From NCBI GenBank assembly GCA_017509785.1, contig JAFWOT010000009.1, forward strand, positions 6,596 through 70,595: a DNA stretch of 64,000 bases. Reading direction: 5' to 3'. The translations under genes were made by a program, and so were the position numbers. Below are positions 27,126-35,227 of the stretch, piece after piece. The first letter of the stretch is position 1. The number at the start of each line of letters is the position of its first letter. This DNA comes from Clostridia bacterium. GTDB lineage: Bacteria > Bacillota > Clostridia > Christensenellales > CAG-138. Under the pieces are notes generated by a model that had not been told where the DNA came from, made no database searches, and saw only the letters and a program-made list of their open reading frames with translations.

Positions 27126-27728
27126 ATGAAACGCGTAATAACCATAAGCCGTCAGTTCGGCTCCGCAGGAAGGACCATCGCCAAGGCCGTCGCCGAAAAG
27201 CTCGGCTATGCGTACTACGATAAGGAGCTCATAAAAAAGGTTGAGGAAAAGACCGGCTTCTCCCCCGAATACATCGAGGAACACGGCGAGTACGCTCCTT
27301 CGAAGAGCTTCTTCGCGCTGGCTTCCTCCTATATCGGAGCGCCCCGCGTGATGGGCGGCATGAGCGCATACGATTACCTCTGGGTCGTGCAGAGGAACGC
27401 CATTCTCGAGATCGTCGAGAAGGAGCCCTGCGTCATTGTCGGGCGCTGCGCCGACTTCATATTAAAGGACAGGAAGGACGCGCTCCACGTTTTCATCCAC
27501 GCTCCCATGGAGGCGAGGGCGAAGAGGATCGTCCGCCTCTACGGCGAGAGCGAGAAGAAGCCCGAGGATCGCCTGAAGGATAAGGACTCGAAGCGCGCCA
27601 TCAACTACAAGCACTTCACCGGCGGCACCTGGGGCGACAGCAACAACTACGACCTCTGCCTCAACAGCGAGACCATCGGCATCGACAAATGCGTCGAGCT
27701 GATAACCGAGCTGGCGAAGCTCGACTGA
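27126..27728 (+). CDS. Cytidylate kinase-like family protein
   Basis: ITISRQFGSAG, CVIVGRCADFIL, YDLCLNS. Confidence 0.85.
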   Translation: MKRVITISRQFGSAGRTIAKAVAEKLGYAYYDKELIKKVEEKTGFSPEYIEEHGEYAPSKSFFALASSYIGAPRVMGGMSAYDYLWVVQRNAILEIVEKEPCVIVGRCADFILKDRKDALHVFIHAPMEARAKRIVRLYGESEKKPEDRLKDKDSKRAINYKHFTGGTWGDSNNYDLCLNSETIGIDKCVELITELAKLD

Positions 27729-27734
27729 CGCAAT

Positions 27735-28991
27735 ATGAACTGCCCGGGCTGCGGGCGTGCGATAACGCCCGAAAGAGACGAAGCATACTGCCCTTACTGC
27801 GGCTCCGCCATCGGCGGCAGGCGCGTGAGGGGCTGGTTCAGGGCGGCTGTTCTCGGCCTCGTTACGATGATACTCGTTTCGGGGCTTCTTTTCGGCGTCG
27901 GAGCGCTTGCCGCAAAATACGTCGGCAGGGCGGGATCGGTCTCCGGCGAGGTGAGCCGCGTCTCCCTGTCTCTTGCGGAGCATGAGGGCCTCCTTTACCC
28001 CGGCGATACCGCGAAGCTCGCGATGGAGTTCTACCCCGAGGTTCGCCGCGCGCCGGAGCTTTCGTGGAGCTCCTCGGATGAATCCGTCGCCGTGATAGAC
28101 GAGACGGGTCTCGTCAGCATACTCTCCGAGGGCGAGGCGGAGATAACCGTCGTCCTCTCGAACGGGGTCAGCGCAAGCCTCCCCGTGAAGGCGCAGAAAA
28201 AGCCCGAACTGCTCACACTCGGAGAGACCGGGCTCATTATCAAAAAGGGCGAAACGCGCGTGCTCGAGGCGGTCGCCGCGCCGAGCGGCTCCGCTTACGG
28301 CAGCATCGAATGGAAGAGCTCCAATACGAAGGTACTCACGGTCGACGGCAACGGCATTATAAAGGGCGTCTCCCGCGGGCGGGCGCGCGTCACGGCAAAG
28401 CTCGACTGCGGCGTCGAGGCGGAGACGGAGGTGTTCGTCTACGAATACGGGTTCGACGTGCTTGCCGATCTCATAGCCTCCACCGGCGAATTCGACAGCG
28501 AAGCCGAGTGCTTCTTCCGCGTGCTCGATCACGAGCAGGAGACCAACGAGGACGGCCTCCTCATCCACCGCTATACCGAGCTCATCTATTTCCCGGATGA
28601 GGACGCGATATCCGTCTGCTGCGATATCTACGACGACGACGTCACCATGTATTATGAGACCTGCGCCGATATCTACCGCGACGAGCGCTACAACGCATAC
28701 ATATCCTTCCAATGTGCGATGGATACCGCCGGCCTCACCTCGCACATGACCCCGCTTTCCTCCGGCACATATATGGAGGCCGAGGGCGGGGGCGGGTTCT
28801 ATCTGCCCAACTACACGCCCGGCTGCAGCGCGGTGTTCCATTGGTACGACGGGGACTCGACCTTCCGCGAGACGGCGCAGCAGATCTCCGATGAGATGCT
28901 CGGGTATTCGATGCTGAAGCTGAAGGAGAAGTGGCCGGAGCTCGGTCTCCCCTTCACCTATGCCGAGATACTGAATCTCGACAGCCTATAA
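27735..28991 (+). CDS. Zinc-ribbon, TM and Ig-like (Big_2) domain protein
   Basis: CPGC...YCPYCG, one TM, two WxSSxxxVxxVD/ID repeats. Confidence 0.75.
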   Translation: MNCPGCGRAITPERDEAYCPYCGSAIGGRRVRGWFRAAVLGLVTMILVSGLLFGVGALAAKYVGRAGSVSGEVSRVSLSLAEHEGLLYPGDTAKLAMEFYPEVRRAPELSWSSSDESVAVIDETGLVSILSEGEAEITVVLSNGVSASLPVKAQKKPELLTLGETGLIIKKGETRVLEAVAAPSGSAYGSIEWKSSNTKVLTVDGNGIIKGVSRGRARVTAKLDCGVEAETEVFVYEYGFDVLADLIASTGEFDSEAECFFRVLDHEQETNEDGLLIHRYTELIYFPDEDAISVCCDIYDDDVTMYYETCADIYRDERYNAYISFQCAMDTAGLTSHMTPLSSGTYMEAEGGGGFYLPNYTPGCSAVFHWYDGDSTFRETAQQISDEMLGYSMLKLKEKWPELGLPFTYAEILNLDSL

Positions 28992-28994
28992 AAA

Positions 28995-29017
28995 AACGGC
29001 GGGGGAGCCCTGCCGTT
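28995..29017. terminator. Terminator hairpin between convergent genes
   Basis: AACGGCGGG...CCTGCCGTT preceded by an A-tract. Confidence 0.6.
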
Positions 29018-29507
29018 AAATATCCAATATCACACGCCATGCCTCGACGAGCCCGCCGAGGCTTTTTTGCGCGTTGGCGGGGGATGTGGAGGGCAGGCAC
29101 TCCGCGTGCACGTTCGTCAGCGGGAACACGTACTTTTCGTAGCAGGCGTGAGAGGCCTTCCCGTTGCAGAACACGCGCCGTATCGGGTACTTTGCGAAGA
29201 GCCCCGCAATATCGTTCGGGACGGCGTCCCGGATGGATGCGTCGGATGAGCCGACTATCGTGCACGAGGCTATGCTGTCCCACAGGGCGATCCGATGCTC
29301 CGAAAGAAAGCGCCGCTTCCCCTCGATATCGGGGGGAACGGCGCATCCGTAAAGGCATTCAAGCACCTTCCAGAACCGGTTGCGCGCGTGCCCGTAGTAG
29401 AACCCCGCCTCGCGGGAGGCGGCGGAAGGGAACGAACCGAGTATCAGCACGCGTGAATCCTCATCGCATACCGGTGGGAAGGGGTGGATATGCTCCTCTC
29501 TCTTCAT
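29016..29507 (-). CDS. DNA-deoxyinosine (hypoxanthine) glycosylase, UDG superfamily
   Basis: LILGSFPS, FYYGHARNRFW, GSSDASI, LPSTSPAN. Confidence 0.85.
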   Translation of the reverse strand: MKREEHIHPFPPVCDEDSRVLILGSFPSAASREAGFYYGHARNRFWKVLECLYGCAVPPDIEGKRRFLSEHRIALWDSIASCTIVGSSDASIRDAVPNDIAGLFAKYPIRRVFCNGKASHACYEKYVFPLTNVHAECLPSTSPANAQKSLGGLVEAWRVILDI

Positions 29508-30856
29508 TTGCTGAATATGAGCTGGTAAACGGCGGAGATGTCGGAGGCGTCGACTCTGCCGTTGCCGCTCGCCTCGGCGTTTATGAGGCCCTGCTCAGTG
29601 AGGGTGGCCTTGCCGAGCAGATATGCGGAGAGCGCGGAAACGTCCGCCATGTCGACAACGCCGTCGCAGTTGACGTCGCCGAGCAGGCCGGTATCGTCAT
29701 CGCCGTTGAATATCCACACGTCGATGGGCGTGAGCTCGGGGACGGAGCCCGCGGTCGAGCCCGTGCCGAGCTGACCGTGGTTGTTCTGACCCGCGACGAG
29801 TATCTGACCGTTCTCGCCGAGGACCATGGTCGCGTAGTAGCCGCAGTTGACAGCAAGGTAGGTGCCGGCGGTCTGAACGAAGGAGGAGTTCGCCTCCGAA
29901 TAGCCGGAGTTAGTCCCGCTGCCGAACTGACCGCGCCAGTTGTTCCCGCAGAACCAGAGCGTGCCGTCCGTCTTGATGACGGCGGTGTGGAACATGCCCG
30001 CGCTGACCTGCGCGGCGCCCGTCATCACCTGCACGGGGGTCTTGGTCGTGGTGGTGTTCCCGCGGCCGAGCTGACCGTAGGTGTTGGAGCCCCATGCCCA
30101 AAGGGTGTTGTCGTTCTTTATCGCCATTACGTGATCGCCCATGCAGCTGACGGTGTACACGTTCGTGAGCACCTGCACGGGGGTCTTGCAGTCGGTGGTG
30201 GAATTGTTGCCGACCTGACCGTAGGAGTTGAATCCCCATACCCAGAGCGTGCCGTCCGTCTTTACCGCGGCGGTGAGACAGTCGCCCGCGGCGGCGTAGG
30301 AAACGTCGGTGAGTATCTGCTTCGGGGTGTAGGAGTTGTTGGTCGTGTTGTCGCCGAGCTGACCGTGCGCGTTCTCACCGTATACCCAGAGGGTGTTGTC
30401 GTACTTAACGAAAACGATGTGGTTCATGCCCATGGCGGCCGAGCGCACGTTCGAAGCCAGCAGATAGGGCTCGGTATAGACGTAGGGGGTGGGCATATCG
30501 GAGCTTCCGCCGATGCCGAACCAGATCTCGCCTATGAGATAGAGGTTATCGTTCGTGTCTATGAACATGGTCGTCTTGGAATTGGCGTACACGGCGCGCA
30601 CGCCCTCGCCCCAGTTATAGGGGGTGAGCGTGTCGGAGGAAGAGGTTATTCCGTTGCCGACGGCTCCGTCGTAATTGAAGCCCCAGGCGTAGCCGAGCCC
30701 CGTGGGCTGGATCGCAGCCGCGTGAGTGACGCCGAGATCAAAGCTCGCCAACTCGTGGGAGAGCGATACCGAGGCCGTGCTTATCTCCGCCATTACGCCG
30801 AGCGCGGGCGTCAGCGCGAGTGCAAGAGCAACCAAAAGGGATACGATTCTTTTCAT
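29504..30856 (-). CDS. Secreted RCC1-repeat (beta-propeller) protein with C-terminal dockerin
   Basis: Signal peptide, repeated KxDxTLWxWGxNxYGQLG, GDVNCDGVVDMADV...NGRVDASDI. Confidence 0.85.
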   Translation of the reverse strand: MKRIVSLLVALALALTPALGVMAEISTASVSLSHELASFDLGVTHAAAIQPTGLGYAWGFNYDGAVGNGITSSSDTLTPYNWGEGVRAVYANSKTTMFIDTNDNLYLIGEIWFGIGGSSDMPTPYVYTEPYLLASNVRSAAMGMNHIVFVKYDNTLWVYGENAHGQLGDNTTNNSYTPKQILTDVSYAAAGDCLTAAVKTDGTLWVWGFNSYGQVGNNSTTDCKTPVQVLTNVYTVSCMGDHVMAIKNDNTLWAWGSNTYGQLGRGNTTTTKTPVQVMTGAAQVSAGMFHTAVIKTDGTLWFCGNNWRGQFGSGTNSGYSEANSSFVQTAGTYLAVNCGYYATMVLGENGQILVAGQNNHGQLGTGSTAGSVPELTPIDVWIFNGDDDTGLLGDVNCDGVVDMADVSALSAYLLGKATLTEQGLINAEASGNGRVDASDISAVYQLIFSK

Positions 30857-31003
30857 GGATCTGCCTCCAAAATGATATTAAGAGAATTATATCACTTTTT
30901 TTGCCTATGCACAATATGCCGAGGGACTTTTTTTGAAGGAAGGGGCGGGCGAAAAAACCACGCGCCCCTTCCGTGAAATGGCTGAAACGCGCCTTCATTC
31001 GTT

Positions 31004-31867
31004 TCAGTTCATGCCCTGCACCGTGCCGGAAACGGTCAGCGAAGCGCTCCCCGGCTTGACGCCGACGGAGCCGTCCGCGTTGTGAGTGAATACCGCGGCC
31101 GGTACGGTGATAACTCCGGATACCGTCGCGAATTCACCCGTCAGCTCGTCGTAGGTGTAGCCTGTCGGCGCAGAAAGAGGAGCGCCGTCGAGCTTTACCG
31201 AAAGCCCCGAGAGTATCGGCGAGAAAGCGTCGCTGAGCACGAGCTCCGCGTCCGCTCCCGCTGCCGTGCAGCCGGAGTTCTCTATCGTGAAGGTGTAGGT
31301 GAGGGAGCCGTTCTCCATCACGGTCAGAGGGCTCATCGCCTTCGTCACGCTGAGTTCGGGCTCGTTCGAAACGCCCAGCGTTTCGGATCCCGTGACAGGA
31401 CTGCCGACGTTGGGGCTCTCGGCGGTCGCCGTGTTCGTAATGGAGGAGCCCGCCTCCAGCGGCGCGAAGCGGTTGATCTCCGCCTCGTAGATGACGAGCG
31501 CGTTCCCCTTGGCGGGGACGGTTATCCCCGAGAAAACGAGCGTGTCCCCCGCTGTGACCGAGGGAGCGCCCATCGGGACGCCGTCCTCAAAGAGAGCGGC
31601 GCTCCCCGCGATATAGGTGAGCGGCGTTACGCTCACGCCCTCCGTGCTGAACGCGCCGAGGTCGTCCGTCAGTGTGAGATCGGTTATATCCGAATCCCCC
31701 GAGTTTATGAGGCTTATCGCATAGGTGACGGTATCGCCCGCCGCGTATGAGCCGGCCAGAGCGGTCTTCGTGACGGAAAGCGCCCCGAGGAGCTCTCCCG
31801 TCACCGTGTTCGAGGCGGCTGTCCCGCCGTTATATGAAAGCATGGCCCGATTCGTAAATACTGCCAT
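31004..31867 (-). CDS. DUF11-type conserved-repeat domain protein
   Basis: Two LSVTK...TYxxxxxNSG...LxD modules; no signal peptide; CATATTGT upstream may indicate a mother-cell sigma promoter. Confidence 0.65.
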   Translation of the reverse strand: MAVFTNRAMLSYNGGTAASNTVTGELLGALSVTKTALAGSYAAGDTVTYAISLINSGDSDITDLTLTDDLGAFSTEGVSVTPLTYIAGSAALFEDGVPMGAPSVTAGDTLVFSGITVPAKGNALVIYEAEINRFAPLEAGSSITNTATAESPNVGSPVTGSETLGVSNEPELSVTKAMSPLTVMENGSLTYTFTIENSGCTAAGADAELVLSDAFSPILSGLSVKLDGAPLSAPTGYTYDELTGEFATVSGVITVPAAVFTHNADGSVGVKPGSASLTVSGTVQGMN

Positions 31868-31978
31868 AGTGTCCTCCTTGAAATTATTGGGGTGTTCCCT
31901 GTGTACAATATGAAAAAACCGGCTCGGGCGTGAAGACTCGGGACGGCGGATTATATATCATTTTGACACATTTTCCGT

Positions 31979-32007
31979 TTGATTTCGACCCTGCCGTATG
32001 CTATAAT
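31979..32007 (+). promoter_or_regulatory. SigmaA promoter of tRNA-Leu
   Basis: TTGATT-N17-TATAAT with extended -10 TG. Confidence 0.75.
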
Positions 32008-32019
32008 AACGCGTAAGCT

Positions 32020-32106
32020 GCCGGTGTGATGGAATTGGCAGACGTGACGGACTCAAAATCCGTTGGTAGCAATACCGTGTGGGTTCGAGTCCCACCACCG
32101 GCACCA
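32020..32106 (+). tRNA. tRNA-Leu (anticodon CAA)
   Basis: Acceptor GCCGGTG/CACCGGC, anticodon arm ACGGA-CTCAAAA-TCCGT, long variable arm, GGTTCGAGTCC T-arm, encoded CCA. Confidence 0.96.
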
Positions 32107-32148
32107 TACCTTATGGGGTCACCGACCCCATAAGGTATGGTCTTTTAT
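32103..32148 (+). terminator. Terminator with 18-bp perfect stem overlapping the tRNA 3' end
   Basis: ACCATACCTTATGGGGTC-ACC-GACCCCATAAGGTATGGT then CTTTTATT. Confidence 0.75.
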
Positions 32149-32418
32149 TGGTAGGGACTCGAAGGGTCGTTAAGAAAACGCGAAGCGTTTTTAGACCCCG
32201 GGATTTCGTCACGGCCGAAATTGCGCGGCACGGAGTGCAAGCAATGAGAGCCATGTGCGAAATCGAGTCCCACCACCGGCGACGGCAGAGAGAGACTCGA
32301 AGGGTCGTTAAGAAAACGCGAAGCGTTTTTAGGCCCCGGGGATTTGATCCCGGCACTTTTTGAGCAGTTCGGAGAACAAGCAAAAACGTGCAATAGGGTC
32401 AAATCGAGTCCCGCCACC
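32149..32418. repeat. Two tandem tRNA-linked structured repeat units (138-bp period), each ending in a copy of the tRNA 3' portion
   Basis: About 50 near-identical nt (GACTCGAAGGGTCGTTAAGAAAACGCGAAGCGTTTTTAGRCCCCGG) at 32156 and 32294; TCGAGTCCCACCACCGGC at 32263 equals tRNA 32085-32102; TCGAGTCCCGCCACC at 32404. Confidence 0.9.
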
Positions 32419-32485
32419 CATGAACGCAGTTAAGTCACCGACCCGATAATCATGCACCCACTCCGAATCCGAAAGGCAGGAACCA

Positions 32486-33967
32486 ATGAAAACAGGCTTT
32501 GACAACGACCGGTACATTAGGATGCAGTCCCGCAACATACTCGAGAGGATCGAGCGCTTCGGCGATAAGCTCTATCTCGAGTTCGGAGGGAAGCTTTTCG
32601 ACGACTATCACGCGGCGCGCGTCGTGCCCGGCTTCAAGCCCGATACGAAGATAAACATGCTCCTTGAATTGAAGGACAGCGCCGAGATAATCCTCGCCAT
32701 CCACGCGGGGGATATCGAGCGCAACAAGATAAGGAGCGACATCGACATCGCCTATGACCGCGAGGTCTTAAGGCTCATCGACGCCTTCCGCGCAAGGGGG
32801 CTGCTCGTTTCCGGCGTCGTTATAACGAGATACCGCGAGGGGCATTCCGCGGTCGACGGCTTCATCGGCAGGCTGGAGCGTCTCGGCGTGCGCGTTTACC
32901 GCCACTACCCGATAGAGGGCTACCCCAAGAACCCCAAGCTCATAATCAGCGAGGAGGGCTTCGGCAGGAACGATTTTATCGAGACGACCCGTCCTCTCGT
33001 CGTCGTGACGGCTCCCGGTCCCGGCTCGGGCAAGCTCGCCGTCTGCCTCTCCCAGGTATATCAGGAGTACCGCCGCGGAGTGAGGGCGGGCTACGCCAAG
33101 TTCGAGACATTCCCCGTCTGGAACCTTCCTCTCACGCATCCCGTAAATCTCGCGTATGAAGCCGCCACGATCGACCTCGACGACCTCAACATGATCGACC
33201 CCTTCCATCTTGAGGCCTACGGGGTCTCCACGGTCAACTACAACCGCGACGTCGAGTCCTTCCCCGTGCTCAACGCGATGTTCACGCACATATACGGCGA
33301 GTCGCCATATAAATCCCCGACGGACATGGGCGTCAATATGATAGGCAGCTGCATCACGGACGACGAGGTCGTCTGCGCCGCCGCCCGGCAGGAGATAATC
33401 CGCCGCTACTATCAGACCGCCTGCGCATTCAAAAGGGGCAGGGCGGATATGGACATGGTCTATAAGGCCGAGCTCATAATGGACCGCGCCGGCATCAGTG
33501 TTGACGACCGTCCCGTCGTTGCCGCGGCTCTAAAGAGGGCGGAGGAGACGGGCGACGCCGCTATGGCGATAGAGCTCCCCGACGGCAGCATGATAACCGG
33601 CAAGACGGGCTCCTTTATGGGCCCCGCCGCGGGCGCGCTCGTCAACGCGCTGAAGGCCCTCGCCGGCATTAATAAGGATATCGATCTCATCTCGCCAATA
33701 ATCCTCGAGCCCATCAGGAAACTGAAGACCGATCATTTCGGCAGCGAGAACCCGCTCCTTCATTCGGACGAGGTGCTCTACGCGCTCTCCATCTGCGCCG
33801 CCACCAACCCCACTGCGGAGCTTGCCATGAAGCAGATACCCCGGCTCCGCGGCTGCGAGGCGCATTCCTCCGTAATGCTCACCCCCGCCGATAATTCCGT
33901 CTACCGCAAGCTCGGCCTCAACTGCACGAGCGAGCCGATAAGGCATGGCAACAGGGTTTACGTATAA
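32486..33967 (+). CDS. DUF1846-family protein
   Basis: KLYLEFGGKLFDDYHAARV, TAPGPGSGK, YAKFETFPVWN, YKSPTDMGVN. Confidence 0.85.
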   Translation: MKTGFDNDRYIRMQSRNILERIERFGDKLYLEFGGKLFDDYHAARVVPGFKPDTKINMLLELKDSAEIILAIHAGDIERNKIRSDIDIAYDREVLRLIDAFRARGLLVSGVVITRYREGHSAVDGFIGRLERLGVRVYRHYPIEGYPKNPKLIISEEGFGRNDFIETTRPLVVVTAPGPGSGKLAVCLSQVYQEYRRGVRAGYAKFETFPVWNLPLTHPVNLAYEAATIDLDDLNMIDPFHLEAYGVSTVNYNRDVESFPVLNAMFTHIYGESPYKSPTDMGVNMIGSCITDDEVVCAAARQEIIRRYYQTACAFKRGRADMDMVYKAELIMDRAGISVDDRPVVAAALKRAEETGDAAMAIELPDGSMITGKTGSFMGPAAGALVNALKALAGINKDIDLISPIILEPIRKLKTDHFGSENPLLHSDEVLYALSICAATNPTAELAMKQIPRLRGCEAHSSVMLTPADNSVYRKLGLNCTSEPIRHGNRVYV

Positions 33968-34064
33968 GCTGAAAAGCACAAATCAAAGGAGCCTCCGTCT
34001 GCTTTTTCGGAGGCTTTCGGTTTATTTGCGAAGAGTTCTGAGTTCCGAGAGGAGCGGCCGATAC

Positions 34065-34145
34065 AAAGGCCTCCCTGTGTAAAGGGAGGCGCAGCCGCAG
34101 GCGGGAGGGATCGTTGTGTAACGATGGTTTATGATCCCTCGGTCA
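34065..34145. repeat. REP-like nested palindromic intergenic element
   Basis: GCCTCCCT-GTGTAA-AGGGAGGC, GCC-GCA-GGC, GAGGGATC...GATCCCTC between convergent genes. Confidence 0.55.
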
Positions 34146-34162
34146 ACAGCCAAACCGACGGC

Positions 34163-35062
34163 TCAGGAGAAGTACCCTTCCCCGAGGCGTTTTTTCGCTT
34201 TGAAAAGACAGATGATGAGCATGATCTCCCGCGCGAACGTGAGGGTAAGGATGATGAACGGAACGAATGCCGGCGCGGCGCTTTCGGCGGCGAAGAGCAC
34301 GACTGTCAAAGCGGAATTCAGCACCGCTGTGGAGATCACGGCTATTCTCAGTGCGCGATCCCATTTCAGCATCTCGCCGTAGTTTTCAAAGGTGACGGAG
34401 AGGATGCGGACGCCGTTCAGGATGCAGAGATCCACAGCCATGATGAGCAGTTCGGATAAAATGGCGCTTGCGATACCTATCCCGGCAGGTCCGTTTTGCG
34501 GTAAAAGATTCCCGAGAAAACGGATGATGAACCCGGCAACGATGAGCAGCAGCGCCGTAGTGAATGACGGTTCGTTCCTCGAGGCACGGGCGAGCCCCTG
34601 CACGTACTTTACGATCGCCGCGATCGAGATCCCCGCCAGCAGTATATAGAACAGCTCGGCAGACCCCGTCGGATCCCTGAGGGAAGCGAAAATGAGGAAG
34701 AGCGCCTGATAGATGAGCGCGAGTATCTTTGCGGCCGCGATATCCCCGACGCCCTTGTGCGCGTCGGTATAGAACCTGCGCTCCCGCCTTCTTTCGCTGG
34801 CGGGGGAGACCCTCTCCGCCGCGCCGCCGGGAGCCGCGGGCGCGAGCCTGCGTCCCTGCAGAAGCTCCTCGCGGGTGCAGCCGAGTATATCCGAGAGCCT
34901 GTCAAGATGCTCTATCCGCATCATCGAAGACCCGGTCTCCCACTTTGAAACCGCCTTGTCGCTGACGCCCATAAGCCCGGCAAGCTCCCTTTGGGTCAGC
35001 CCCTTTTCCCTTCTCAGCTCATAGATGAAATTGCCTACGGCAAATCGTTTTTCCATTTGCAT
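34163..35062 (-). CDS. XRE-family HTH regulator with multi-pass membrane C-terminus
   Basis: LRREKGLTQRELAGLMGVSDKAVSKWETG followed by about six hydrophobic segments. Confidence 0.8.
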   Translation of the reverse strand: MQMEKRFAVGNFIYELRREKGLTQRELAGLMGVSDKAVSKWETGSSMMRIEHLDRLSDILGCTREELLQGRRLAPAAPGGAAERVSPASERRRERRFYTDAHKGVGDIAAAKILALIYQALFLIFASLRDPTGSAELFYILLAGISIAAIVKYVQGLARASRNEPSFTTALLLIVAGFIIRFLGNLLPQNGPAGIGIASAILSELLIMAVDLCILNGVRILSVTFENYGEMLKWDRALRIAVISTAVLNSALTVVLFAAESAAPAFVPFIILTLTFAREIMLIICLFKAKKRLGEGYFS

Positions 35063-35110
35063 CACCTCGCCGAAAGCATAACATGAGGCCCCGCAAAATG
35101 CAACGATTTA

Positions 35111-35142
35111 CGGGTAGAATTAAAGTAGAACTTTTCTACCCG
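35111..35142. promoter_or_regulatory. Candidate operator upstream of the XRE gene
   Basis: CGGGTAGAA...TTCTACCCG inverted repeat with a third GTAGAA half-site inside. Confidence 0.5.
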
Positions 35143-35181
35143 ACGAAAAAAACCGAGAGTTTACATGGCTTTTTGATAAAA

Positions 35182-35212
35182 CAAAGGCTCCCTTCGCGCC
35201 GGGGAGCCTTTC
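35182..35212 (-). terminator. Terminator after the FAD oxidoreductase gene
   Basis: AAAGGCTCCC...GGGAGCCTTT stem with a T-rich tail on the minus strand. Confidence 0.65.
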
Positions 35213-35227
35213 GCCGTTCACTTTGAG

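Noticed and set aside
32079-32417. Short ORFs over the tRNA-linked repeats
   Set aside because: They overlap the tRNA and hairpins, lack SD sequences and merely translate the repeat
32085-32418. CRISPR array or prophage/ICE attachment pair
   Set aside because: Only two units, the variable parts are self-complementary rather than spacer-like, there are no cas or integrase genes, and the tRNA-end copies are under 200 bp apart
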